Source of the DNA: Eledone cirrhosa
Taxonomy: Eukaryota
Assembly (NCBI GenBank): GCA_964016885.1
Contig: OZ024741.1
Coordinates: 348,936,001-349,000,000, forward strand
Length of the DNA: 64,000 nt
Direction: 5' to 3'
A program made the translations under genes and the position numbers. Below the pieces are notes generated by a model. It ran no database searches and had not been told where the DNA came from. It was given only the letters and a program-made list of their open reading frames with translations. Positions within the stretch are counted from its first letter, which is position 1, and each line of letters starts with the position of its first letter. Positions 14,713-30,750 of this stretch are shown here, one piece after another.

Positions 14713-16670
14713 ATGGAATTCTTTAGGATTTCTCCCTCTCTAAAAGATGTACCATTACCTAAGAATAAGGACTAACTTAAACAACTCATTGAGAAATCTG
14801 ACTCCTTTATACGAAAACTTAGATGGCGTGCCTTCCATTTCGATAGAAAATCAGATGAAAAAACAAATAAATCCAGTTCCAACTTCGATATGATCTTCAA
14901 ATCCAAGAAGAATCCACCTAACAACAAACTATTAATGGAATTTGAAAAATGAAATAATATCGATTATACAAAACATCAAATTCAAGAAAAACCAATATGT
15001 AGGCCAGGAATACCTTAAAGGCCTCAACAATAATATAGACAATCTTGAAAAAACTGAGAAGATCCTAGTAAAATCTGATAAAACTAACAATCTATACGGA
15101 ATGCAAAACGACGAATACAATAACCTTATATTGAAAGAACTAAGGAAAAACTACAAAATAACAACTAATGAAGATCATGAAGCTTCTGAAATAATTCATA
15201 AATTAGGCATCGAAAATAGGACCGAACCCTTTATACCTAGAAGACCGAAAATTAACCTGAAAGACCACAAAAGAAACTTTAAAATAGAACCAGTCAGACG
15301 TATAGCACCATCTACATCACACTTAGGCATAGTTAGTAAACATATATTAGATAGAATCATACCGCAACTTAAAGAAATATCTTACCTAAAACTATGGAAC
15401 GGTACTAATGAGGTTATAGATTGGTTCAATAACAAAATTTAAACATAACAAAAAATTCATTCAAATGGATATTGCAAACTACTACTCCTCTATTACTCCT
15501 AGTTTACTTAATAAGGCTCTTATCTATGCATCTAAACATACAGATCTATCTAGTGAAGAAATGAATATCATTTTAACCGCACGGAAAACTTTAATTGAAT
15601 TTAACAATCATCTCTGGACAAGAGCCGATAGAAAAAATAATTTTGATATCACCATGGGATCATCTGACTCGGCGCAAATAACGGATCTTGTGTGGTTATT
15701 TATTAATAATACACTGCATAGAAAAATACCAGAGATGACCGGTGGTTTATATCGTGATGATATGCTGCTTTTAATTGAAAATCATAGTAATTGTGAAATT
15801 AATAGGAAAAGAAAATCCATAATACAATTCTTCAATAAGTTAGAAATAGAGAATAACTATAAAATCGTTAACGTTTAAGACGTAACATTAAACCTTATCA
15901 CAGGGCTCTACTATCCATTCCATAAAATTAATGATAATTTAAATTATGTAAGTTTTAACTCTAATCATCCTAAATCTATCAAGAACATTATTGTCAATAG
16001 TGTCCAACAACGGATTTCACGCATCTCCGCTAATAAAAATATGTTTGGTGATAAGGCTGAATATTATAATGAAGCTTTAAATAGAGTAGGGTATATAAAT
16101 AAGATTAAATACATTGACAAAAAAATAAGGCAAATCACCCTACTATTAATTGTAATAATAATAAACACTTTAACTTAAACTCTAAAACTAACAGAAGAGC
16201 TAGAAATATTATTTGGTATTCACCCCAATTCTCATTAAGCGTTAAAACACCTTTAGCAAAGCTATTCTTTAAAGCACTAGATAAATGTTTTCCTAAAACC
16301 CACAGATACCACTCAATCTTTAACAGACATACTATAAAACTATCCTAATCTACTACTATGGACATAGCACAAAATATAAATGGAATTAATAATAGAAACT
16401 TAAATTTAAACCCTAACCAAAATAACCAAAATAGCAATAATAATATTTCTAGCAATATCCAACGTAATAGTACCGTTCCGAGCAACAACAACTCTGCAAA
16501 ATGTAACTGTAGAATCAAATCAAACTATCCTTTTTACAAAATAAGTGTTTAGATAAAAAAAAATGTGGTCTATAAATGCACAGTTAAAACTAGTGGAAAT
16601 ATATTTAACTATGTCGGTGCCACTTCTACACAATTTAAACTTCGCTGGAATAACCACAATTTTTCTTTCT
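14713..16670 (+). pseudogene. Penelope RT/GIY-YIG ORF, disrupted
   Basis: MEFFRISPSLKDVPLP..IRKLRWRAFHF N-terminus; DIANYYSSI, MGSSDSAQ, GLYRDD RT motifs; CNC; VVYKC..YVGAT..FKLRW endonuclease; several stops and frameshifts. Confidence 0.85.
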
Positions 16671-16830
16671 GAAGATCTGATAAATATGGTTTTATAAATA
16701 TAGTTTCCATTTATTTAATATCATTGAATATTTACTCCAGGAAGCTGTTGAGTGCTCTAAATCAGTTATATACATTTATATTTATATTTATATTTGTCGG
16801 ATTTCCAACAAATTAAATATCCCTTCTACT

Positions 16831-16942
<112 letters not shown>

Positions 16943-17101
16943 GATATCGATCAAGGTTTCCGGTCAGCATATTCTATTAGCACAAGTAAGACGTGTTTTG
17001 CAAATGACCAGCATGGTGCTTTAATCAAAAAATAACCCCTCGAATCTCATCAGCCGCTTTGAGGGTTAATAAAGCTGCCACCTGTAGTAACTAGGATTAT
17101 G

Positions 17102-17180
<79 letters not shown>

Positions 17181-17339
17181 ATACATACACATATATATAT
17201 ATGAAGACAACTTTTCCTTTCATCCTTTCAAAATCAGTAAAAAAAAGTACCACTTTTGTACTGAGGTCGATTTTTCCTCTATATCTCTTTCTCGCGGATA
17301 GTGGACTAAAAATATAATGTCTCTTCACCCAATATTGGT

Positions 17340-17860
17340 GGCCATGTTCAATGATTGTTTGGTGTCGGATGAAGTACCGCATAGGTTGACCAAAGTTACC
17401 ACGGACTTAATTAAGGAAAAACCAAGCCTAGGGAAATTACGTTAACTACTATAGGCCTCTCATATTTCTGTTTGTGATGTGGAAACTGCTAACAAGTATT
17501 ATGTCTGAGGAAATCTACCACCACCTCAGCATAAACAACCTAATGCCGGGGGAACAAAAAGGATGCCGAAAGATGTTCCGTGGTACAAAATACCAGTTAC
17601 TTATTGACAATATGATAAGGAACTGTAAGAAAAGACATACTGGTCTTTCCATGGGATGAATAAATTACAAGAAGCCATTCGACAAGGCTACTTATTCTTG
17701 CAGAAACAAGTGTCTGGAAATCATCATGGTGTTGGACAACGTCAAACTGCTATTACGTAACAACATAAATACTTGATAGACATAGTTAACATCGGTGGGG
17801 GGGGGGGGGGGTTCATGGAAGGTGTAAAATCAAGAAAGATATCTTTCAAGGAGACAGTCT
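17340..17860 (+). mobile_element. R4/Dong-like non-LTR RT fragment
   Basis: MWKLLTSI..EQKGCRK..RGTKYQLLID..YKKPFD..IFQGDSL. Confidence 0.8.
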
Positions 17861-17861
17861 G

Positions 17862-18840
17862 ATTTTAGGCAAAAGGCCAACAATTTGAAGGGAAAGGAAA
17901 AGTCGATTAAATCGACTAGTGCATGACTACTACTTTATTTTATCGACCCCATAAGGATGAAAGGCAAATCTAACTTCGGTGTTATTTGAATGGAGAACGT
18001 AGAGAACAGAAGCTCTGTGCCGTGAAGCAAGTTGTCCGAGCCTCTACCAATACTGTTCGACCAATAATAATAATAATTGTTTCTACTTTTGGCACAATGC
18101 CAGCAATTATCCCAATGTATTACTGGTACTTTATTCCGTAAGGATGAAAGGCAAAGTTAACCTCGGCAGAATTTGAACTCATATCATAAAGGGCGTTAAC
18201 TCTTTGCTGCAAAGCATGGCGTCAGACCCTCTACCGATACTGTCAATCCACCGCCGATAAAGATGATTTCTACTATAGGCACAAGGCCGGCAATTATTTG
18301 GGAGGGGGATCTATTAAATCGAACCCAGTGCTTTATTTTATCGACCCCGTAAGGATGAAAGGCTAAGTTAACAATCGGCGGGATTTAAGCTCAGAACGTA
18401 AAGGGCCGTAACATTATGCTGCAAAGCATGTTTTCCAGTACTCTACCAATACACCCAATGATTTTTTCTACATTTGGCACAATGCCAGCAATTTCAAAGG
18501 AAACGAAAAGTAATTAAATCGACCAGAGTGCGTAACTGGTACTTTATTTTACCGACCCCGTAAGGATGAAAGACAACCACAACCTACCATAAATCGGTAT
18601 GAGACCACATCCCATGTAAAGACCCGCCGCTTATAATAATAACAATAATAATAATAGTGGTGGTAGTTATGGTGATGATGATGGTGATGGGGATAATGAC
18701 GATGATGATGGTGATAGTGGTGATAATAATAATTGTTTCGACTTTTGAAACAAGGCCAGCAATTATCCCATTGTATTACTGGTACTTTATTTTATTGACC
18801 CCGTAAGGATGAAAGGCAAAGTTAACCTTGGCGGGATTGA
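17862..18840 (-). mobile_element. Cluster of about five tRNA-derived SINE copies
   Basis: Repeated GGCACAAGGCCAGCAAT..TTTATCGACCCCGTAAGGATGAAAGGCAAAGTTAACC..ATTTGAACTC, the reverse complement of 61089-61300. Confidence 0.85.
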
Positions 18841-18949
18841 TGGTAATTTGTGTGGTAGTGGTAGTATTGATAATAATAATGAATAAAAAATAAAAATAGC
18901 TGCAAAGTACAAAATACTGGATTCAAGACAAGCGCAGGATAGCTTACTT

Positions 18950-21900
18950 TAATTTTAAGGTTTAAGGGCCCCTTAAAGTTGTTTACGTCACCTTCTAGAA
19001 ACGGTTCATCAAACAAATAAAAAATAAAAAACACTGGTCGTAGTGGAACCTTAAAGCCACTAACCTCAATGAGTGAAATGAATCAAAACATTTGTTTACA
19101 CAATGACGTGAATGGTACTGGAGCTAATAGTGAAGGTGCCTCATCCGGCAGGTGACCTATGGTTATGAAGTACAGGCCCGGTCATCATCATGACACTGCG
19201 AGAATGAAGTGGAGTAAAGGGATAAACAAGGCTGTTATGGAGCGTTATTTTAGAAGCAGGCTTGTGAATGGAAATGGTGTGCCAATTAAAGTATATGGAC
19301 AAAGGATGTTACGTGTTTGGCAGGAGACGGGGCTCTTTAAATTAACTGAACAGAGTATTTCTGAACAGGCAAGGGTAATGCGCAAAAACGGACGGCTATA
19401 TGAGATTGAGATTGAAATGCCAAAGAAAAAGACAAGCCAGAGGATATGGAGGATATAGAAGCTCAGGATGTTGGAGATTCAAATAGAGATGAGAGTATAG
19501 AAAATGATAAAAATCCACCACAAAAAGAGGAACTGAATATTCGAGATGATGCGGTAGGCGACATTAACATTGATGAACTGAAGAACATATCAGAAAAAGA
19601 CAGACAGATGATTGCTGATATATTGGAGATCTCTAACTCAAGAGGCAATAATCCATAAAATTTAAAAAAAGCAAACCAATGTCAGCTAAAAGAAATAACT
19701 TACAAAGAGAAGGTGTCAACTAGAACCATCACAGAAACCAACAATATAATCAGTGCTGCAGGTATCTACATTGCTAAAGAGTTAGGTCTGAATCAGACTA
19801 GATAAAAGCAGATCAATGAACCATGGTGGAAAAAGAGAATTGAAGGGGACATTATAATACTTAGGAAAAATATCAATATTAACATAGTTGAATAATAGAA
19901 TGTTTGAAAATATTTGGTATTGTAGCTAACGTTTGACAGTTTCTAATGAGCAATATGGATGGTTGGAATACTGAGCTGACAGCATGTAGACAAATATTGG
20001 GAGTTGTGAAAATCAAGAATGGAATATTTCAGGGAGACAATCTTTCACATTTGCTGTTTGTACAGAGAAGGTGAAAGGCTGGTTACGAGTGGGGAAGACG
20101 CGAGTTTAAGAAAAACTACATGCTGGTCAAGGATGAATAAAAATTTATGGGAAATCCTATGAACATATTGATTCCCTTGAACAGACAGTTCATACATTCA
20201 GTACCGACATAGGAATGGAATTTGGCATAAAAATGTGTGTGGAGTGCTACTACTGAAGTAAAGTAGAAGTAATAAGATGGAAGGAATTGAATTTATCAGA
20301 TGGAGAAGTTTTGAAGGAAATTGATGAAAACGGATATACGCACTTAGGCATCTTGGAAACAACCAGATGAAAGAGAATGAAATTAAAGAACTATTATCAA
20401 AGGAATATAGACGGAGACTGAAATTGTTGTTAAAGACAATTTTAAGTGGTAAGAATAAGATACTGGATATCAACACATGGGTTCTTGAAGTGCTAAGGTT
20501 AAGCGCTTGGGTGATAGTGTGGACATGTGATTAAATTAAGGAGGTTGATAGAAGAAAAAAAAAGGAAAACAATGACACTACAAGGGGTTTACACACCAAA
20601 AGTGACGTGGAAAAGTTGTATCTATTACGACAGAAAAGAGGAAGATATCTCATTAGCTGTGAAATGTGTGTGTAGTCAGAGGAAAATAATCTGGCATGAT
20701 ATATAAAGAATTCAAAGAACAAATTGATGACGGGAGTAAGAACGATAAAGGTCCTAAACATTGATGAAGCAAAGGAAAGGGGAGAATTTAAACAAGACAG
20801 AGAGAATGACACATGGAAAAGATGGGAGAAAAAAGATGTATAGTTAATTCGTACGGGAAATGTCTGAGACATTTGACAAAGATAGGAACTGGGAATGGAC
20901 TAGGAAAAGTGACTTAAAAGTTAAAAATGAGGCCCAGGAACAGGCACTGAGAACGAACTGTATCAATTCAATATTGACAAGTCAGTGAATTCCCAACTTT
21001 GTGAACTGTGTGGTGAGAAAGGTGAGACAACTTGTGGGAATTGTCTTCCCACAAAGTACTATCGGTGAAAATCTCTCGCCCGGCATGTTTGGAACTCTCC
21101 ATAATAGGGAAAATGATCTGGCCCCGGAAGGTCGTTACCAAGGAACAGATTACACAAAACTATGTGCCCGCAGACACAAGATGACGAAAGAAGAGTACGC
21201 TACACTCATTAAATATCATGAAAGACCAAACTAGAAAGAGTCACCGGCGTAGGGCAACGTACGTTGTACTTTTGGATGAAAAAGGTTATATATTCTTTTT
21301 AATCAGAAAATAAACTAAAGTGAGAGTGGTTAGGAGGAAGTGTTGGTTAACTGAGGTAGAAATATCTCGGATTAGTGAACGTTTAAGTGAACCTGAAGTG
21401 GAATATCAAATGGTGATTATAGTAGAAGCGGAAGCCGTCTCTGTAGTTGATGTCACAGAGAAAAATAGACAACAAAAACAAGGAAATTATGATGAGTCTG
21501 CAAAGACTGCTAAAGTGGAAGGTTATAGATTGAACCATAATACTGCAGTGGATGGTTATACAAGAAGAGGGGACTAATTAGATGATGAATTGCTTGCTTT
21601 ACAAAAACGGCTTATGGATTTGATGAATACTACTGAAGAAAAAACTCTGTTGAATATGAGATGGGTAGATAAGCGTATGATGAATGAAATTACAAAAAAT
21701 ATAAATATTGTCATATCACATATTCAGACAGAGGACATAACGCAAACAAGAAACATTATCTGAGCTATTGCATTACCTTTTGGGGTAAATTTTCAAGAAA
21801 AGAAAGCAAATCAGATCGAGGCAGATGACCATAGTGGAAATGCTGCATTGAAAATGACATAATGTGATTAAGGCAATATCTAAGTAAGTTTAAGCAATAG

Positions 21901-22070
21901 TTTAGAGCAGAATGGAAAAAAACGCAAAAAAGACCGATCGAAAAACGTTAGACAAGAAATATAATATGCAGAAAAATGAATTATATACTGTATTGGAGCA
22001 AGTAAAACCGATGATCCTGTCGGAAATCCAGAAGGTCAGAACATATGTGATAGAAATGAGCAGTTAGAGG
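18950..22070 (+). mobile_element. Two head-to-tail decayed R4/Dong-like retrotransposons
   Basis: First copy: [18 protein letters not shown]-terminus, PWWKKRIEGDI, internal deletion, GIFQGD, DIGMEFGIK, AQEQALRTN. A second N-terminal region starts at ~21030. Confidence 0.75.
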
Positions 22071-22859
22071 AGATGAGAAAGTGGGTTTGGCTAAAGAAAA
22101 AAGCGTCTATTTTGATTCCTTTCAATCTCGACCACCACACAACCGGCTGTGATTTGAAATGGATTTAGCTCCTATTTTCTTGCAGGTCTATATATATCCT
22201 CGTTCATCTAAAATTTTCTTTTGTGCTGCCCGCCTCCACTTAACTATTTCCATGGAACCGATAAAGAACGCTATACCTAGATTGTGTGTTACTCAGCGCC
22301 AGAGCTGTCATCGTTCGGCTAGAATTTCTGCGTTTGTACCACCGTAGAATGAGCCACAGGCGAGGCTTCGTCACTTCTATCACATAGAACCTCTCATCTT
22401 TATCTTAACGCCATGTGTTGCATTGAAGAATTTGTGTAGTTTTGGAAATGATTGCTAACGTTTGGGCAATTGTTCTCATAATAAGAAGGCTTCGTATATA
22501 CCTCTCCCTCACATCTCTCCCTCCCTTCTTCCTCTTGCTTCTCTGGGAGAGGAAATTAGCTACTCTTGTTATGTTCATCGCTTCGTATCGTCACGCCCTC
22601 CCCCTACATCTCACTACCGAGTCGAACTTTGAAAATATGTTGTTGTGAAAGCAGAAATAAATAGCAATTAACAAAAATGTTTTCCCTTAAGTGATAGAAG
22701 ATAAATAACAATTAATTTCTCTCTTTGCCTTTTTATCTCTCTCACTCACTCCCCTTCTCTCGCTCTCTCTCTCTTTCTGCATCACTCTCTCTCTTTATCT
22801 CTCTGACTCTCTCCTTTTTCTCTCTCTCCCTCTCTCTCTATATATATATATACTCACTT

Positions 22860-22899
<40 letters not shown>

Positions 22900-22968
22900 T
22901 AGTTATTTGAAGGAAAAGAAAATTCTCTCTCTCCATCTCTCTCTTTCTCTCTCTCTATATATATATAT

Positions 22969-23054
<86 letters not shown>

Positions 23055-23279
23055 CTTTTCCTTCAAATAACTACAATGACAACACAACAAGGAAATCAAC
23101 CAACAACCACAAATACAATGGCAGTAAGAAGGAGAAGAAGAACAACGACAACAACGTGTACACAACAAATCTAACTGACGTTAAAGGAAACAAATATAAC
23201 CAGTGAAACATCTGCTACTTTAATACTGGTTGCTTTTTATTTTCACCTCGCAGTAAAAGCTAGGAAAATCAATAACAAC

Positions 23280-23689
23280 AGCAACAGTAACCGCGATGAT
23301 GATGATGGTGGAAATGATGATGATGAGAAGAATGATGATGAGGATGAGGATAATGATGATGCTGAGGAGGAGGAGGGGGAGCAGGAGGGGGGATAGGAGA
23401 AGAAGGAGAAGGATTGTGATGATGAGAAGAAAGAAGATGAAAAGGGGGTGAGAGATGATGATGAACATGACAGTGATGATGATGATGACAATAATGATGA
23501 TGATGATGACAATAATGATGATGATAATGTGATGATGATGATGATGATGATGAAGATGAGGCGGGGAGGAAGAGGAGGAGCGGGTAGTGTGGTAATGAGA
23601 CGAAATAAGATGAAAAGGGAATGAGGGATGATGATGAACGTGATGGTGATGATTATGATGATGATAATGATGGTGATGATGATGACGAC

Positions 23690-23751
<62 letters not shown>

Positions 23752-23960
23752 GGAGGAGGAGGAGGAGGAGGAGGAGGAGGAGGAGGAGGAGGAGGATGTG
23801 GGAGAGGAGGAGGTAGAGGAGGAGGGTGATGAGAGGGGGCGGGACAGTAATGTTGAGTGGAATAAGGACGGTAATGACGATCGTGTTAGCAGGCATGATG
23901 ACAAGAAAACAGAAGAAGAGGTAAGTGAGAGGAAGTAGATGCAGATGATCGTGATGATAG
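23280..23960. repeat. (GAT)n/(GAG)n low-complexity tract
   Basis: Direct inspection. Confidence 0.9.
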
Positions 23961-24379
23961 CAAAAAGAATAATACTGTCGTTCACGTATTCTTCCTAGCT
24001 CTTGTGTGCGCAAGCAACATCACACAATTAGAAAGAAAATGATTTAGGCACTTTTAAGAACTAACTACAAACATCACATAATACATAAAAATTAGACAAT
24101 ATCAGCATTGGAAAATCAGTGTTCAGTTTAAAAGCATGATTGCTATCTCCGATAAGTACATGGAAAGCTAATCAATGCTAATGAGGAATAATGTAAAAAC
24201 AAAGTTAATAAATCATTCAAAACACAAGCGATGAAATTTCAGATAGAAATCGGGGTACGTATTTAACAGCAAAAATCAAACATTTATCTACAATTGTAGC
24301 ACCTAAAAGAGACACGAAATTAGTTGATCTGATGGTCATGAAGAAAAGCAATGTGTGTGTATATATAATTATATATACG

Positions 24380-24410
<31 letters not shown>

Positions 24411-24824
24411 GCACAAAACTACACACACACACATATATGTATATACAAGTACATACATACATATATATACATACATACATACATACATACATACATACAT
24501 ACATACATACATACATACATACACACACACACATATATATATATATGTGTGTGTGTGTGTATGTATGTATGTGTGTATGTATATATATGTATGTATATGT
24601 ATATATATAAATATGTGTGTGTGTAGTTTTGTGCGTGTATATATATATATATATACACGCACAAAACTACACACATATATACACACACCGTGATATATAC
24701 ATACACACACACATATATGTGTGTGTGTGTGTGTGTTTATGTGTGTATCAGTGTGTTTGTATACATATATGTGTATATGTGTGTGTAGTTTTGTGCGTGT
24801 AAGTGAGTGTTTGTTTCGGTGTGT

Positions 24825-25150
24825 GAAGCTGCGTGGATTAGATGTGAGAGCGTTGGCTTCACAATACTGAGGTTGAGAAATCGATTCGACAGTGCGATAC
24901 GACCTTGAGCAAGATATTTCATTTCACCTTCCTGCAGTTCAGGCCACTTGAAAAACATGAGTTGCTATGTCACTTGTGCCAAACTGTATCGGTCTTTATC
25001 TTTCCCGTTGTTGGTGTGGAGAGGCGCGTCACGCAAACATGGCTCACAGCTGATCTTCCAAAAACACACAATTTTAGTCGGAGATCGAGGATATCATCTG
25101 CGCGGCCTCTTCCCCATTTTGAAAACAAATTGACCTTCAGCCAGAAGTAG
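24825..25150 (+). mobile_element. Degraded tRNA-derived CORE-like SINE
   Basis: tRNA-like head followed by GACCTTGAGCAAGATATTTCATTTCAC. Confidence 0.5.
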
Positions 25151-25689
25151 ACCAAGAATTCATGTCGTGCGATTGTTCAAGATATGAGCGAAGATTTTTC
25201 CATTGAAAATGGAATTTCCACTACGAGTACCACAGTTCTTGATCATTTTTTTTTCTTCTGTTTTTCATATCGGCATACAACTCTTTGTCAGTTGTACGAG
25301 GTACGTCCTTTTACTCATACCTTCTGGAATGTTGTAAAAGGCAACTAGATAACAGACTCTCCGCCTACGGCGATGGCCTCTGTTGGGATTCCATAGGTTC
25401 TAGCAACCTTAGTTTTGCAGCAGGACATTACTGCGTAATTACAATATTTTTGTTTTCATATTATGTTCAGGAATAATTAAATATAGATAAAAACGTGATT
25501 GCATAGCGGATTTTCACTCTAAAATGTTCGCACCTCCAACACTGCATATCTGACGGGTGATTACAGCAAAGACTCCTCGTGAATTCCCTCAGGATATGAG
25601 ATTCCAATTAACAGAGAACTAAGCCAGAACACAAATAAAAATTAAACGTATACAGACAGACACATACACACACAGACACACACACACAT

Positions 25690-25791
<102 letters not shown>

Positions 25792-25844
25792 ATTATAAAA
25801 TGTGGAGAAGGAACACACGAGTTGGAATATATATATATATATAT

Positions 25845-26162
25845 ATATGAAAATAGAGAGAAAAAGACGATTATTAGGAAGAAAAATTTTTTTTTTTCCT
25901 TTTATTTTTTTCTCTTTTTTCTGGGTTAGAAAATGTTTAAAACAAAATATTTTACTTTTAATGCTGAAACCGGTAATAGAAATTTATTCAATATATAAAT
26001 AAATAAATAAATAAATAAATGCCATTGTTAATTAATAAATAAATTAACACTTCACACAAAGTAAAATATTTTGTTTTAAATATTTTCTAACCCAGAAAAA
26101 AGAGAAAAAAATAAAAGGAAAAAAAAAATTTTTCTTCCTAATAATCGTCTTTTTCTCCCTAT

Positions 26163-26170
<8 letters not shown>
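25845..26170. mobile_element. Fold-back pLTR remnant (family also at 54030-54770 and ~26990)
   Basis: Inverted arms ATGAAAATAG..AAAAAGACGATTATTAGGAAG; partial HHR GAAACCGGTA at ~25967. Confidence 0.7.
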
Positions 26171-26207
<37 letters not shown>

Positions 26208-26212
<5 letters not shown>

Positions 26213-26946
26213 ATACTTTGGGAGGGTCATGTTGCCAATAAGAAACACACGCACCAGTTGCTTTCACTTCAATTTATTATATATTTATAAATTTACAAAT
26301 TTATAAATTTCTGGTTGGTTGGTTGGTTCCACAACCAGATAGTTGTTTATATATAGTCATAGTTCTTTCGTCACACACTCTGTGACGTTTAATATGTTTA
26401 TTGCCTCTGTAATACAGAGGCAATAAACATAAAATAATTACAACCAAAATTAAATAGAAAATATGAGTGGAACAGCAACATCACGACTTACAATTAAGGA
26501 CAAAATGAAAACACACACACACATAGAACAAACAACCAACCAGTAACATGTAAATAAACAAATAGATAAATGAACATAAACACACACAGACACCCGGATG
26601 TGGCGCATGCGCAGACTGAGCACACAACACACACACAGAAACAAAATGGTGTAGGACAGAACAAAGGAGAGGCATAGAAACAAAGAAAGGAATCCCCAGT
26701 CACTGAAGAGGTCACAGAGTGTGTGACGAAAGGACTATGACTATATATAAACAACTATCTGGTTGTGGAACCAACCAACCAACCAGAAATTTATAAATTT
26801 GTAAATTTATAAATATATAATAAATTGAAGTGAAAGCAACTGGTGCGTGTGTTTCTTATTGGCAACATGACCCTCCCAAAGTATAACAATATCGGTTTCA
26901 ACACACGATTTCAGATAAAGAACCTTGCTAAACAAATTCAGAAACG

Positions 26947-26950
<4 letters not shown>
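26208..26950 (+). mobile_element. Penelope pLTR with inverted partial copy
   Basis: ~26208-26386 is the reverse complement of ~26711-26889; same family at 45587-46090. Confidence 0.8.
26698..26742 (+). ncRNA. Minimal type-I hammerhead ribozyme
   Basis: AGUCA CUGAAGA G GUCACA-gagug-UGUGAC GAAA GGAC UA UGACU. Confidence 0.75.
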
Positions 26951-26998
<48 letters not shown>

Positions 26999-27079
26999 AT
27001 AGGGAGAAAAAGACGATTATTAGGAAGAAAAGCTTTTTTTTTCCTTTTATATTTTCTCTCTCTATCTCTCTCTCTCTCT

Positions 27080-27147
<68 letters not shown>

Positions 27148-27241
27148 TGAGAGAGAGAGAGAGAGAGAAGAAACAGATGACAGCAGACAACTGATGAAGG
27201 GAAATCATCCCCCGTACCTGTTTTCCTCTTATTTCTAAATA

Positions 27242-27321
<80 letters not shown>

Positions 27322-28004
27322 TTTTTGTTCAGTTATATATATATATATATACTATTAATGAGTTCAAAACTCAGGCAGTCCTTTACAATGAAATAGCTCA
27401 AAGAAAGAAGTATTTCTGAGCCGTGTAATACAAGTTAATATAAATTAATATATTAACTTAGTCATTTACAATACAAACATGCTTATGTTGGTATTTGTGT
27501 TTATCAAATATATTAATTTATATTAACTTGTATATATATATATGAGATTTTATCCAAAATAATATTTCGAAACTAGGGGGTTTGAGATGAAGGGAAAAAT
27601 AGAAGAAAGAATGAGAAGGAAGAAAATGGGGAGACAGAATATTAGAGAAGAAAGTAGAGAAAAATAATTTGAAAACGTAAGATACACAGGTAAATAAGAC
27701 TACATGATAAGAGGCTCTATCGAGTGGGAGTGTATAGCAGGGTCACAATCAGAACTCACAGCGCTATTGTTTGCATGGGCAGAAGTTCAGCCAGTAGCTA
27801 TGATTTCTCCACCACTTACCACTATCCCCATCTCTCTCTCTCCCTTGCTACGAAATCATAGCTACTGGCTGATCTTCTACAAACAATAGTCCTCTGACCT
27901 CCCATTGTGTCCCTACAATACACTCCCACTCACTAATGAGTCTTGTCATGTAGTCTTGTCTATCTTTGTATCGTTAAAATATAATTTTTATTTACAGTAT
28001 TCAT

Positions 28005-28145
28005 GATTTCTAGTATAGGCACAAGGCCAGTAATTTGGGAAGGTGGGAAGTCGATTAAATAGACCCAGTACATTACTGGTGATTTATTTTATCGACCACG
28101 TAAGGATGAAAGTCAAAGTTAACCTCGACGAGATTTGAACTCATA
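28005..28145 (-). mobile_element. tRNA-derived SINE, partial
   Basis: Same family as 61089-61300. Confidence 0.8.
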
Positions 28146-28341
28146 GGGCAGCGATGGTTGCCGAACACTGTACGGCTAATAATTCGGGCTGTTTGTTTAC
28201 AAACAAACCGAGCATTATAATAAATGTTCGGTAAGCCCATACGTACATATATATATATATGTGTGCATGTATGTATGTATATACATACTACTGTACGTCT
28301 GTATACATTATATGTATGTACGGAAACTTACTTACATTTAT

Positions 28342-29327
<986 letters not shown>

Positions 29328-29454
29328 AGAGAGAGAGAGAGGGGATATATATATAAATATATTCAATATATTTATATGAATGTTCTGCACGTATACCAGA
29401 GACAACCGAAGCTGGGATTATAACTCTATATACTACATAAAAATAAAAATAAAA

Positions 29455-29640
29455 ATATTTACTATTCAAGAGCAAGCCTTCAGCACACGACATCTTGAGA
29501 AGGTATATAAATCATGTAAGTTTCATGATAAATGTCACCTATGTGACCAGTTTACTGAAACAATTCATCATTTCTGTACATTATCCATCCTTCTTGCTAC
29601 AAATATTCTTTAAAACACCATGTATAACGATGTTACATAT
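29455..29640 (+). mobile_element. R4-like CCHC region fragment
   Basis: IFTIQEQAFSTR..DKCHLC..ETIHH. Confidence 0.6.
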
Positions 29641-30262
29641 ACACCACCTTGGTAAATTGTGAATTGTTACTTTTAAAATATTTCGGGAGATATCTCGAAA
29701 AAGAAAAAACAAATTAAGTTTTCTGAGAAAATTATTAGAAGATCTTGCAGAAATTCTTCATGCATACAAATCACCAATTATTACAGCAGTTTGGCATGCT
29801 AAAATCTCCACTACACTTTCGAGTATTCCTGTATCATTCTTTGTTTCTATTCTGTGATATGTCGTACAATGCTTCGTACATGGGCGGACTTTGTGGTATA
29901 TTAATTTTCTTTTTAAGAAATAGCTGGTCGCTAATCGCCAAATCCTTCTGTATTTCAGTGACCAATCCCAAACAACCCTTCTTATAGTGCAAAGTAGCGG
30001 ATAGTGCAAAAGAAAGTGAGAAAGAAAGACGGATATATGGGGTGGTAAGAAAGAGAGTGAGAAATCGAGAGATGGATGGATCGTAGAGATTGACTTGTAC
30101 TATGTTTATCAACCTCAGATAGATGAAAGGCAAAGTTAACCTCGGCGGATATTGAACGAAGAGCTCATATAACCGGAACAAATATTAAATTATAAACAAA
30201 ATTTGTTTCGCTCTAACATAGCGGGTACGCAAATACATTCGTGAGTTTTATATCGAAAAATA

Positions 30263-30478
30263 ATGATTTCTACTATAGACACAAGGCTAGTAATTTGGGG
30301 GAAGAAGAAAGTCAATTAAATCGACGCCAGTACGTTACTGCTACTTTATTTTATCGACCCCGTAAGGATGAAAGGCAAAGTTAACAAGGCAGGATTTGAA
30401 CTCAGACCGTAAAGGGACGTAACTCTATGCGGCAAAGCATGGTGTCCAACTCTACCGATACTGCCAATCCACCACCCT
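30263..30478 (-). mobile_element. tRNA-derived SINE, near full length
   Basis: Reverse complement of the 61089-61300 family, including A and B boxes. Confidence 0.85.
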
Positions 30479-30494
30479 TTTATATCGAATAATA

Positions 30495-30750
30495 ATAAAA
30501 TTCGATTCGTTTGCAAGCAAACAGCTTCATCCATTTGTTTTAGCGGTAGCAGAGAGGAACAATCGACAATTGTTTCAGGGATATTGCCCTTCTTTAAAAT
30601 TGTATAACTCTCCTATCTTGACGAAGGGCAATAACCCTGCAACAATTGTCGATTGTTTCTCTCAGCTAGCACTAGAAAAAAAGGATGACGATAGTCGTTT
30701 ATGAACACAGCGTTATCAGGCTGTCTGTTTCCAAACGAGTTGAATAATAC
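30495..30750. mobile_element. Fold-back with decayed HHR (30615-30653)
   Basis: AUC UUGACGA AGGG..CCCU GCAA CAAUUG UC GAU; the inverted arm preserves GAAA; palindromic CAAUUG. Confidence 0.6.

Noticed and set aside
23243-24013. Long poly-D/E, poly-I and poly-S ORFs
   Set aside because: Translations of (GAT)n/(GAG)n microsatellites, open in several frames.
29740-29990. piggyBac Cys-rich C-terminus
   Set aside because: Only vague Cys spacing; no TIR or TTAA evidence.
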